A stretch of 64,000 nt of DNA from Cirrosporium novae-zelandiae (Eukaryota). Location: positions 186,001 to 250,000 of the forward strand of contig JAPETS010000028.1 of NCBI GenBank assembly GCA_026023565.1, written 5' to 3'. Both the position numbers and the translations under genes were made by a program. This document shows positions 48,212-59,503 of this stretch, piece by piece. The notes below the pieces were generated by a model that had not been told where the DNA came from, made no database searches, and saw only the letters and a list, made by a program, of their open reading frames with translations. The first letter of the stretch is position 1. Each line of letters starts with the position of its first letter.

Positions 48212-50302
48212 ATGGATGAACATGACCTTGGCCCTCCACCACCATACTCTGCAACTGATCCCTTAGCTGCTACTCCGAATACCCCGAATACCCCCAGGAT
48301 AATACCGCCCGAAACATTACACGTCTATCGTTTGCACGATATCACAACTACAGATCCTCCTCTCCAGGCTCGTCCCGCCACCCCTCCAAGGCCAAGCTCG
48401 GCCCGTTCTTCTTTAATCCTAACTCCTAAATCGAGTATTGCCAGCTCCATAGATGACCTCTTCTCGGCCGCTGAATACTTTGAAGAACGTTCGGGGAATT
48501 TCCCAGTCTACGATGACCTAATAGACCATCATTTAAGCATCTCTTCCGAGACAAAAACCCAACAACTGATCAAAGTGCCTATTTGCTTGTTAACCCGGCC
48601 TACCGATCTCACACAGCAGGATTGGAATACTTTCATCAATTACCTCCTTCCACCTGAAATATATTCCGAGGATCTTCCCTCAAACTCAAAAGCCCAAGGC
48701 AATCAAGAAACCGAAGAGAACTTCCATCGCCGGATCGATGGCGTGATATCAGAATGGAACGAAGGTTTCTTCGGCCCACGCGGTATGAAAATAACGATAT
48801 CTCTCGTGCTCGGTTCCGGATCTGTCCCATCACCCTGGGTGTGTCCTCTTTGCCTTCAACTTGATGAAATCCCACCAAACCTGGATCGGAAACCAATTCC
48901 TGGCGCATACCCGGCATCGGAAGAGGCGGGTCCATCTACTGAGCCCGCCAACGGTGCCTCGTTCCCCGCCATCGCCGGGGGGCTCAACTGGCTTCTCCGT
49001 CTAGCAGACACGGCACGTCAGCGTGGCGAGGCTTTTGGCGCCGCAATGGAGGAGCGAGGCCAGCGGCTCGGTGAGGTTATGGAAGCTCGAGGTCGTGCCT
49101 TTGGTGAAATGATGGAAGAACATGGTAGGAATATCGAACGTGCTACGGACGAGACGATCAACAATGGACGAGAACGAGGACGACGTGCTCGAGATGGAGT
49201 GAGGGGATTTGGACGTGGACTAAGTCCGAGCTTTCCACCACCACCACCCTTCTGCTGGCCTCCATCACCAGGGGGTTCGTTCGATAATTCTGGTTCTGAT
49301 CCCGCGGCTTCTGGATCCGCATCCGCAGGGCCCTTTGGTGCAGGTCGAGGCTTCGGCCAGGGCCAGGGTTGGGGCCAGGGCTGGGGGCAAGGCTGGGGGC
49401 AAGGCTGGGGGGGGCGAGGTTGGGGCCGAGGTTGGGGCCAAGGTTGGGGCCGTGGTTGGGGTGGGGGAGCCGCCCCCCGATATAATCCGTGGCTTGCTCG
49501 AGGTCGTGGCTGGGATCGTACACAGTTTTCACCCTGGGCATCTGGCTTTGGCGGAGATCCACGAGATGGCCGTACGCGCTCTGACCCTTCTGTACATCAC
49601 CAGCAACGCTCACGTAGCTCTTCAACTAGCTCATCCTCCTCCTCATCCACCTTTTCCTCAGCCGCCGGGCCCCCACGACCAACCCGTAGCACTTCATCCG
49701 GGCTCAACGATATCGATAACACCATCACCGACTTGGGATCCACCATTGCAGCGTTCTCACTCGACCCCACACGCAGGGAGCGGATCGTGGATGCTGTGAA
49801 TGCGCTGAAAGCGGAGCTGGTGGAAAGCAGATCGGATCCGAAGAAGAGAAAAGCAATGGTGAAGGAGCTGAAAACCCTAGGGAAGGAGATTAGAGATGAG
49901 GCTAGGAAAATTAGGAAAGAGTCGAAAAGGGTGAGGAGGGAGAATAGAAAGGAGGAGAGAAATAAAAAGAAAGAGAAGGGAAAAGGAGAGAAGGGGAAGG
50001 GGGAAAGAAGAGGCATAAGCAGAGGCGAAAGAGTAGAGAATCGAGGGGAAAGAATGGAGAATAGAGGAGAAAGAGTAGAGAATAGGAGGGAGAGGGCCAC
50101 ATGTCCCAAATTCGAGAGAAGAAATATGGAAAGGGAGAGGAGTAGGACATATGAATTGGGCACACGGAACATTGGAGGCGAGAGAACCGGGCTGCACGAG
50201 TTAGATTCACGGGAGTTGCTTTCATCGGAACAAGGTATCCAGAGACAGCAGAGTAGTGATATCGCAACAGCGCAGGAGACAGGAGTCGCCCCAAGGGTTT
50301 GA
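48212..50302 (+). CDS. 696-aa modular low-complexity protein (PPxY motif, folded N-terminal block, GW repeats, charged coiled coil)
   Basis: Intronless ORF with good context AACCATGG; globular-looking block 'QDWNTFINYLLP...ISEWNEGFFGPRG'. Confidence 0.82.
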   Translation: MDEHDLGPPPPYSATDPLAATPNTPNTPRIIPPETLHVYRLHDITTTDPPLQARPATPPRPSSARSSLILTPKSSIASSIDDLFSAAEYFEERSGNFPVYDDLIDHHLSISSETKTQQLIKVPICLLTRPTDLTQQDWNTFINYLLPPEIYSEDLPSNSKAQGNQETEENFHRRIDGVISEWNEGFFGPRGMKITISLVLGSGSVPSPWVCPLCLQLDEIPPNLDRKPIPGAYPASEEAGPSTEPANGASFPAIAGGLNWLLRLADTARQRGEAFGAAMEERGQRLGEVMEARGRAFGEMMEEHGRNIERATDETINNGRERGRRARDGVRGFGRGLSPSFPPPPPFCWPPSPGGSFDNSGSDPAASGSASAGPFGAGRGFGQGQGWGQGWGQGWGQGWGGRGWGRGWGQGWGRGWGGGAAPRYNPWLARGRGWDRTQFSPWASGFGGDPRDGRTRSDPSVHHQQRSRSSSTSSSSSSSTFSSAAGPPRPTRSTSSGLNDIDNTITDLGSTIAAFSLDPTRRERIVDAVNALKAELVESRSDPKKRKAMVKELKTLGKEIRDEARKIRKESKRVRRENRKEERNKKKEKGKGEKGKGERRGISRGERVENRGERMENRGERVENRRERATCPKFERRNMERERSRTYELGTRNIGGERTGLHELDSRELLSSEQGIQRQQSSDIATAQETGVAPRV

Positions 50303-50621
50303 GCTGTTGTCTTGACGTGATTGGAGATTGGTTTCTTCTTTTTTTGTCTTTTCTTTCAATTCTCCCTTGGATATTTTATTATGACCTAATGAATTGATGA
50401 TCTTTTGGTTGGTTGGCTGGACCAGGAATCCAATAAGAAGGGAGGGGGGGGGGCATTTACATAGCAAAACTTCGATTACACCTAGGTAGGTAGTTAGTTG
50501 AAAATTTATAGTTGAGCAGACATTTAATAAAAAGTTTGCTATTCCCATAGGCTATCTATCTAACGAGAATTACTCCCCTTTTCACGGCTTTTTTCCTCTT
50601 AACACTCTCTCACCAAAAGCC

Positions 50622-51564
50622 CTAACTAGCATCCGCATGCACACTCTCATTCCTCTCCACCAGATCCCCCACCCCCAGCCCCCTCCCAACCTTAACCCTC
50701 CTCTTCTTCCCCCCTCCTCTTTCCTTCCCCCCACCCCCACCTTCTTTCTTCCCCACCTCCCCCACCGCATCCCCCTCATCCTCCGCCTCACTCTCACTAC
50801 TACTACTACTACTCTCCTCCCCAGGTTTAATCATGAGATGTTCCAGGTTGAGACGCATCCCGAAGGCATCTTCACCGTCGGCGTAGTATTTGGATTCTGT
50901 GTTTTGGACTTCGAAGCCCAAAGTGTCGCGGTAGAGGTGGAGGGCGGCGGTGTTAGAGACGCGGACGTGGAGGGATACGTAGTGGGCGGAGTAGACTTCG
51001 GCCATGGCACGTTCTTATTGAGGTAAAAGTTGTTAGTGATATTAAGGAAGGCTTGTGGGGCTTGAGATGATGGGGGGGGGGGGCTTAGGTGCGAGTGATA
51101 TGATCTTCTCTAGGCATAGTCATAGTGCAAAAGAGCTCCTCCTTTCTCCAAAAAGTCAATTGGCCGCACCCACACCCACACCCAACAAACAGCCTTCTAG
51201 AAAAAAAAAAACACATACGACTCATCCTCATCAACTTCTCCGCCAACCCCAACTTCCTATGCGTCCTCATAACACTCAAACTAGTAATATGCCCATGCGG
51301 AATCCCATCCGACGGCTCCTCCTCCATCTTCGCAAGCACATATCCCACAATCTTATCGTAGTCGTGCCCATTACCACTACCACCATTTTTGGAATTGGCT
51401 TTGAATCGCGATTTTTTGGAAACATCGACGGCGACAAAGGAGAGTTGGGGCCAACAGAGGGCGTGGTAGAGGTAGTATTTTAGTTGGTAGTTTTCGGGTA
51501 GGTTGGTTAGGTTGCAGAGTTGGACTGAGGGAATGTCGGAGGAGTGGAGGAGGCGGATGTCCAT
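50622..51564 (-). CDS. ARD1: NatA catalytic subunit Ard1/Naa10
   Basis: [67 protein letters not shown]. One ~200-nt intron. Confidence 0.95.
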
Positions 51565-53539
51565 GGTGTATGTAGGAGGGAGGGGTTGGATTGTGGAATG
51601 AAGGAGGGCGAATAGGTGGATGGGAGCTTGGAGGGATTGACTAAATCAGAGTTCCCTTTTTCTTTTTCTTTCGTATATAATAATCGTGGGGGGGGGGTTC
51701 GTTCCTCAAGGTACTAGAAATCTGTTTATTTGTTTGCTAGTTAGTTAATTAGTGGGGGTGGGAAATATATATTATTCACTTTGATAACCGCCTAAGCTCT
51801 CTCTCAAGCAACCAATTAATCAAAACCCCTCTATTAACTAGAGAAACTCATAAAAATTTACCTTTCTAATAAAAAAATTCTCAATTGCATGAAACTGAAA
51901 ACTAAAAAAATTGTTACATGTGTATATGGCTTTGCATGGTAGCTAGGTACACGAGCCTTAAAATAATTGATGGATAAGAATTTAACCACAACACAATCAT
52001 AAATAATTACACTTAACGACGGTAAATTAATAAACAATTATTAAACTAGTGTATGCCGTTGTTATAATTATTTTAAAAAATTGTGGCATAATAGATGTCT
52101 AGGGGAATAAAGAAAGAGGGAGGGGTGTGTCCAACTACAGGCTTCCTTCTCCAAGGTACAGTCACGCACTTCATTCGTTCATTTACCCAAGGCTAATAAT
52201 ATCTTTTACTTCTAGGAAACGCTCCTTTCTCTAAGCTCATCATCATCTCTAAAACACGACCGAAGCTTATTTTCTTTCTTTCTTTCCTTCTTCCTTTTCT
52301 TCCCTTTTTTGGAAAAAAAAAGAGCGAGATCGAGAACCTAGCTAGCTATAGCTACAACTACAAAAACACCGACAACGACAAAAAGGAGCCCTCTCCACGA
52401 TTCCTTGAACCCTTCTTCTAAGCTTAATGGCCTATACATAGATGCCATCATGAGTTAATTCGAGAAGCAGGCCTTCGGAAGAGGATAGAGCTTTGAGGTC
52501 GAGGAAGCAAAGATATCACCTACACCAACTAACTCCTCCAGCTTAGCCCTTTTCTTCCTGGAAGTGGCTAAGAGATCGGCCAGCTAGTAGGCTGAGGACC
52601 ACCACCCTAGTGACACTTATCAATTTATATAAAGCATGTTTGGTTTAGTTGGTGGCGATGACACTCCCAAGAAAACTCGAACGCGTGAAGAAGAAGAAGA
52701 AGCTATCCAAATGTGACGATGAAGGCTGAAGGCTACCCTCAAGTCCAAGTTCCTGTTTATCGACTTATTTCAAAGCATGCTTGTCTTGTTGAAAGAAAGT
52801 GTCTTTCAAGGAAATCAAAATGATGTTCTTCATCCACAACACAAGGTGCTTTGGATAACCAAAAATGAGTCGTTCTTTTTGCTATTCTTCGGACACTATA
52901 TATATATATATATCAATACCTCATACTTGATCAAGTCCTTGCCACTCGATTTACCGATTAAATATCAACCCTTAAATACCCAACAGCACTATATACATAC
53001 TGGAATGGAAGTATACAAGGAAGTTCTCAAGATCCTATATATAACAATTATGAAGAATAGAGGCGTTCATGGCATACTATGCGAGGTTCGGTCGGAGGGG
53101 GTTCGAAGAAGCTCCTTGAGAGTTGAGAGATCCCTAGGTCTAGGGGCGTTGAGGATTTATTTGAGAGTGGCTCTTTCTCTCTCTCTCAACTGTAGTGTGC
53201 TGTGTCGTGATATTTGGAGACGAAGGGGATTGCATGTACGCAAAGATGTCTTTCGAAAAACCTTAAGGGCCAAACCCAAGCTGAGAATAATAATAACCAT
53301 GTGGTTTTTGTTACGGTACGCTACTGCTTAGGGTTGGAGTTGGGAATCTAGTCTCCGAAGATCCAAACATCCCACTCCATGTCTCCATTCTCAAAGCAGC
53401 AACTATGAAAAAACCCCTTCAAGAAAGAAAGAGAGGAAATGACTCCTTACTTGACTCTACTCTTTGCCTAGTTTTACCGAAGACTGGGGAATCGACGATG
53501 CAAAAGGAGTGGAGAAAAGGTAGCTATGGAGTACAAGAC

Positions 53540-55000
53540 GACAAGGAAATATACGTATACAAAAGGGAAAAGGAGGATGATTCCAGAGGCGGGTTCGGAT
53601 GGGTCTGGTCGGAATGGGTATGGGGAAAGGTCCAACGACTCCAGGTGGAAAGAAAAGAAGCCAAGAGGAAAGAAAAGAAGCCAAGAGGAAAGGAGAAAAA
53701 AAGCATGAGACGAGTGTTGACTACTCCACTGGTTTCTCAAACACCCAAATACCACCCCCCCTCCCTCCCAAGAAAGACCTTTACAAAGCCAAGAAGAAAA
53801 CGCAAACATGGTATCTAGCTAGCCAGTTAGTTTTTATCAGAATCTCGAATTTGGGCTTGAATACTGAAAGATTCAAGCACCAACCCACAAAATACAAATC
53901 CCAGAAAGAATTACAAACCACGATACAATAAAGAAATATATATATAAAGGAGGAGGGGGTTCTTCAAGGAATAAGTAGAAAACGGCATTCACCATTTATT
54001 GGGGATTTTTGATATTGGAAGGCCATTGAGGGGAGGGGTGGAGATAGACGTGGCCAGCCAATTGGAATGGTCATGGGAAAGAATTCCTACCTAAGAGAGT
54101 GGAGGAAAAGAAGAGAAGAGAGGTAAAGGGGAAGAAGAAAAGGCATGAGACCAATTTTGACTGCCTAGTTGGTTCACCAAATACCCCAAAAACCAAAAAG
54201 GAAAACCCAAACGAAAGATCTAGCTAGCTACTTGGTTCCATCAGCAACCCGAACTTGAACTTGAATACTGAAACCCACAACCCCCAACCGCCAAACAAGA
54301 CTTCAAATATATATATATATAAATAAAGGGAGGATATTTTTTTTTGTTCGAGGAAAAAGCAGAAGAGGGAAATTCATTATTTCACTATTTATTGGAGATT
54401 TTCGACATTGGAAGACTATCCAAAGAGGAAAGGGAAGATTCAGATAGGCGTGGCTATCTAGCTAGTTGGCTACTTAGTTTACCAAAAACCCAAACTCGAA
54501 TACTGAGATCCTCAACCCCCCAAACCCCAAACAAGGCTATATACTATAAAACAAGACAGCAGATATATATATATATATATATAAGCAAAAAGAGTTTTCT
54601 TCTATTCTTCGAAGAAAAGAGCGAAAAGCGGAACCCACCATTCCACCATTTATCCGAAATTTTTGATATTCGATATTGGAAGGCCCCATTTGAAGAGGAA
54701 GGAGGAGATTCGGATGATAGGGGTGGCTATTTTGGATTGGAATGAATGGTCATGGTTATGATCATGGGGAAAGACCACTCCTTTTTTTAAGATCTAAGAG
54801 TCAAGAGCTAAGAGCCAAGAGAGGAGAGGAGAAGAAGAAAAGGAGGGGGGAGGGAAAGTTGGAGGGTTGAGTGAGATGGGTGATCGTGGGTGGTCGTCTA
54901 GGTTAGTTGGCTAGTTGGATAGGTAGTTGGCCAGGTGCATAGGTGGTTTGTCTATTCAAAAACCAGACACTACGAACTGAACACCGAGAACTGGCAACTG
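53540..55000. repeat. Degenerate tandem array of ~235-440 bp units in non-coding DNA
   Basis: Anchors recur in the same order: CTAGCTAG (53815, 54220, 54458), GAATACTGA (53859, 54263, 54498), (TA)n, ATTGGAAG (54014, 54407, 54675). Confidence 0.75.
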
Positions 55001-55961
55001 GAAATCGAACGCGGCATATCCAGCTATGGTCGGAGGATGTCCATGTGTCTATATTTCTATACTATATATAAGACTCCAAGACGGACAAGGTGAAAGAAAA
55101 AAATCAGAAAAAAAAAGGGGGGACCGGAAAGAAGGGGAGGATTTGGATGGTGTGGAGTATTGATAGATTATGTCGCGTCATGTCATACTCGATTTGGATG
55201 TCGATTGTCCTGCTACACCATGCACCAGAATCACAAACGAAGGATAAACATACAGACGACCCAGAAATACCTATACCTATACAAATACAAACACAAATAC
55301 CTATCCATGCAGATTGACAATTCGCATCTAAGACCTCGAACGTGCTGAGGATATATATATTCAAATATTCAAGGAAACAAAGCAAAGAGAGGATATAGAA
55401 TGTGGGATATGGGAGAGATTCTTTAGGGATTGGATTTAATAAAAAAAGGGGGGGGGGAGAAGGTTGGATGAGATGGAGATGGAGAGAGGGAGGGATACAT
55501 TTACATTGCATTCATGAAGTATACAACACCAATCCTAAATATAAATAACAGATAATGCACAATTAGAAAAAAAAAAAAGGAATCCAATTAGGATAAGGAT
55601 AGAGATGGAATTCAAAATACTTAAATTCCCTTTGACGTACTTTGTGCCCCTGTCCAGCCGTACCATTTTTTTTTTGATAGTAGACTAAGGACACGAGAAA
55701 AATAGAAAAATGGAAAGGAAAAGAAAAGGTATAATACAAGATACAAAATAAAAAACACAATAATGCCATAACCTATACATCCCGCCCCTATCCCCCTATC
55801 CTGCCATTTCATTTTTTGTTCTTTAGGAAATTTGTGATCGTAGATCAAGGACCCGAGGAAAGGAAAAAATAGAAAAAAAATGGAAAGATATGATATAAGA
55901 CAAAAGATACAATCAACAACACTATCCCCCTTTTTCCCTATCACCCCCCCCACAAACCTAC

Positions 55962-56906
55962 TCAATGATTATCCACCGCCTCCACCCCCTCCAAAAACGC
56001 CCCACAATCCATCAAAAACCCCCAAGTCCTTTCACAATTCCACTCTATACCCCTCACCGCCGCCTTCCCGCCTTCCTCCTTTTCCTCGCTAGAGCTCCCG
56101 CACGCATCCCTCAACAACACACAGTCCCACCCCATACAAAACGCATCTACAAGCGTCGCCGCAACACACTGATCCGTATTGACCCCCGCAAAAAATAACG
56201 TCCTGATCCCTTCTCGCTTCAAAAAAGTTTCGAGCTCCGTCGTTGCTTTGGAGCCGGAGCTGGAATTCTGGCTGCACAAACCACCCATACGGTTCTTATG
56301 GATTAGAACGTCGGGTTGGGAAGAATGGAGACCCTCTTGGCGGGCTGCTTCGAGGGGGGCATAGAGAGCGGCGTTCCATTGGTCGAGCATTAGGGCTTTG
56401 CCTGCGGGGATGGTTTGGGGTTTTTTTGGGCTTGAGGGATTAGTTTCGTCGGGGAGGAGATTCACATCCCCTATGTCAGCACCCAGGCCATTATACAACC
56501 TCTCGAGTTTATTTTCCCCAGGCGGAGCCCGCGTAAATGCCCTCATAGTCCCCGCATCCATACCCGCGACTTCCATCTCCGTGAGTCCCCAATTCACCCA
56601 CACGATCAGCATTCCCGCTTTTCTTGCCGCGGGGATCGCTTTCTCGATTAAGTTTTTCGAGGCTGTGAGGCCTGCGGAAGAAGAGGGACGACCTAGGGAG
56701 GGAGAGAGGAAGAAGTTTTGCATGTCGATTATTAGGAGGGCGGATTTGGCCGGGGAAATGGTTATGGGGGAGGTGGTGGTGGTGAAGGTTAGGCGCGGCT
56801 TTACGGCGGAGGAGAAGGGGCGGGATGGGTGCGTTAGGTCGTAGCCTGTGCTGGGGTGGTGGAGCCAGAAGGAGTGGGGGCTGCCGATTAGAGTTGGTTG
56901 GGCCAT
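55962..56906 (-). CDS. Isochorismatase-family cysteine hydrolase
   Basis: SALLIIDMQNFF, HKNR, LFFAGVNTDQCVAAT, VLLRDAC. Intronless. Confidence 0.9.
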   Translation of the reverse strand: MAQPTLIGSPHSFWLHHPSTGYDLTHPSRPFSSAVKPRLTFTTTTSPITISPAKSALLIIDMQNFFLSPSLGRPSSSAGLTASKNLIEKAIPAARKAGMLIVWVNWGLTEMEVAGMDAGTMRAFTRAPPGENKLERLYNGLGADIGDVNLLPDETNPSSPKKPQTIPAGKALMLDQWNAALYAPLEAARQEGLHSSQPDVLIHKNRMGGLCSQNSSSGSKATTELETFLKREGIRTLFFAGVNTDQCVAATLVDAFCMGWDCVLLRDACGSSSEEKEEGGKAAVRGIEWNCERTWGFLMDCGAFLEGVEAVDNH

Positions 56907-57921
56907 TTTGAGGGTGGTTGTCGTGTTGGAGATATAAGATGGGAAGGGGGGGGGGGTTGGTTTTTGAGTAGGAGAGGGGAGGGAGGGGATGTTGAGGTTG
57001 GGTAGTAAGTCCGGAAAGGATGATTAAATGGGGTTTCGATTGAAGTTGAAGTTGAAAACTTGATATCGAGAACTCGATTCTGGAGCTCTTAAGAAAAACA
57101 GGATAGATAGATAGCTATCAACCGTAAAGTAGACGACGAAAATATCTCTCCAGAAGAAAAAAAAACAAAACCACAAACTTTGACAAAGAAGAGGAACAAA
57201 CGACGTTATTAAAATAAAACCCTCCTTCTTCTCAACAACCCCGTAAAAAGCCTGTCCTCGTGCTCAACTACCCTCTTTCTCTTTCTTCCCTCGAATCAAG
57301 AATCAAAGACCTCGCAATGATAGATACTTGACTACAAAAAAAAGCTGCAACAATCATATGTTCGTATACAAGTAGCCGGTGTCCTCCGGGGTAATTATGC
57401 ATCCATTGGATCATAAGCTTGTAAGTCAGATAAAATATTACATGGCCGGTTGGGGAATGAATGTGATGGGCTGTGGCAGCAGCCAGAAACCCCGCAGTTG
57501 TACTTTTGTGGGATCGCCATCTGGCTTCCTGTTTAGATCGTGTGGATGGGATGGGATGGGATGGATTGGAATGTGAACGGGTGTGTGGCTGGGTTTGCTT
57601 GACATGTAACTCGTCCGCATCAGGTACGGAGTTCGGGGATGATTGTTGTGGGAGGCTTCGGGAATTATGATGCAATGTTGTTACACATGTTGCTTGCTGT
57701 AATGTAAATGTTGATCAAGGTGGAACAGCTCCCAAAGGATTTGCGGTATTTACAAGGATGTACTATCATGAACATGTAAAATATGTCTATTTAGTGTCTT
57801 CATCAATTTTCATTCATTCGAACTATCTGACTTTTATGGCCGTTACAGATCATTCTAGGCCATTATATTAGGAAGACCAGAAATCCAGAAATTCAGAAAT
57901 TATCATTCAACATGGCTAAAT

Positions 57922-58904
57922 CTACTGGGAGATGCCGATGACTCCTATATAAATCGTCAATTAGCCAATTGCTCTACTACCTCATACTTTATTGATAAAG
58001 CTTCAGAAAACTTACCGCAAGCAGGTCGTCCTCCAGCATTTCCAGTGGTTTTGCTCTGCTCGTGTCCACCCTTACCCAAATCATCAGTGCCAGCGTGAAC
58101 CACAATGGTTCGTCCGAGAATACTCTGGGGGCCGATCAGCTTGATGAGCTTGTCAGTGACCGTGCCCTTGGCATTTCCTTGAGCATCGGTCTTGAAGTTT
58201 CCGAGATCGCCGACATGACGTTCTTCATCAGTTGGGGCACCGTGGGTCTTGCTGAAAGGGTTGACTGTATCAAAACGTTAGCATTGTGTTGCTTTGGATT
58301 GATAGACAAATATAACCGAGGAAACATACAGTGAGGGCCAGCAGAGGTGCAGCCATTGGTGTTGTCACCAAACTGATGAACGTGAATTCCACGCTCGGCG
58401 TTTGCGTCGTTGCCAGTAAGATTATAAGAAATAGTGGTAGGATCAGACTCGGATGCCTGCTCGAAGGTGACGGTTCCGCCAACCTTGGAGTCACCACGGA
58501 GTACTGCAACTATTGTCCCGAATGGCTAGTTAGTAATGTGATTCTCAATATAATCATGGATATAGAAATGGTACATGGATCAAGGAGTAGGTACGGCCAT
58601 CAAGGGACTCGGAAGACCTTCTCAGCCAACAAAAAAAGTTGCCCACAAGGGACGCAAAAGGATGATTGACCTGCATTAACAGGACAAGTGACAAAGGCTT
58701 AAATGGTTCCAAGAAGAGCATTATCCATGTTCTCGACGTTCCAGGAGGTCAACCAGCATCAAATTGATGAATGCCAATTGATGTCAACAGATATCAATGG
58801 CCATCAGACTGAAACTTGCTCATCTTTGGCTTGGACGCTAAAGTCATGCGGGCATCCACCAGAAGACTAAATAACGACTAGGATAGCTTACCAGCTTTAA
58901 CCAT
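57922..58904 (-). CDS. SOD1: Cu/Zn superoxide dismutase
   Basis: Exons 58904-58892, 58509-58330, 58264-58016 and 57944-57922 give MVKAVAVLRGD...[21 protein letters not shown]...RHVGDLGN...[13 protein letters not shown]. Confidence 0.97.
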
Positions 58905-59503
58905 TTTGACTTCTGATATCTGAGAACTATTTAATCCAACTTGAGGGGAGTTTTTCTGAATTGATTGATTCAAACCAACTTGAGATGAGTGAAAGCAAGA
59001 GATGTTAATAATAAAAAAAGGATGAGAAAAGGATTAGAGATGAAGAAGCAAAGATGATCCAGGCTTGATGACTGATGCAGTTAAACGCCGAGGGGTAAAG
59101 TACAAAGGTGGGGCAGGAAGAGTAAAAATGACGTTTGATTACAACAATCTGATGGGCTAGAATCCCCCTCGTTTCCACAATTTCAAACAAACCAAAACAC
59201 AAACCCCTCGCTTCTCGGCCCTCTATTCCCTTCCATCTCCGAAAAATCCGTTGAATATTTCTTCTTCTACTACTCTCCACACCCTTCCAGTCATCATCAT
59301 GTTCTAGCCATCTCCTGTCAAAGATTCCTTGGTAATTATCAATAAGCAGTTATTCATCAAAAGTTTTGTATTTGCTCGAAACTATCTTAACTAAGCATAG
59401 ATTCACACGGCGAATACAATTTTATCTTCTATCGGAAATTTCATTCGTTCATTGGTCATATCAATCAAAACTCCTGTACCATCCACCAATTTCTTTATTA
59501 TAT

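Noticed and set aside
49597..50294. Hydrophobic antisense ORFs that look like membrane proteins
   Set aside because: They mirror the purine-rich K/E/R coding strand of the 696-aa gene.
53329..53337. TTAGGGTTG as a possible telomerase RNA template in the gene-free gap
   Set aside because: The minus strand reads CAACCCTAA rather than TAACCCTAA, and I could not see a pseudoknot or CR4/5 element.
53540..55000. CRISPR-like reading of the anchor/spacer array
   Set aside because: Eukaryotic context, long degenerate units with homologous spacers, and no cas genes.
52777..55965. Several 60-184 aa ORFs in the gap between ARD1 and the isochorismatase gene
   Set aside because: They are translations of purine/pyrimidine tracts and (TA)n runs with no recognisable domain and no transposase or RT motifs.
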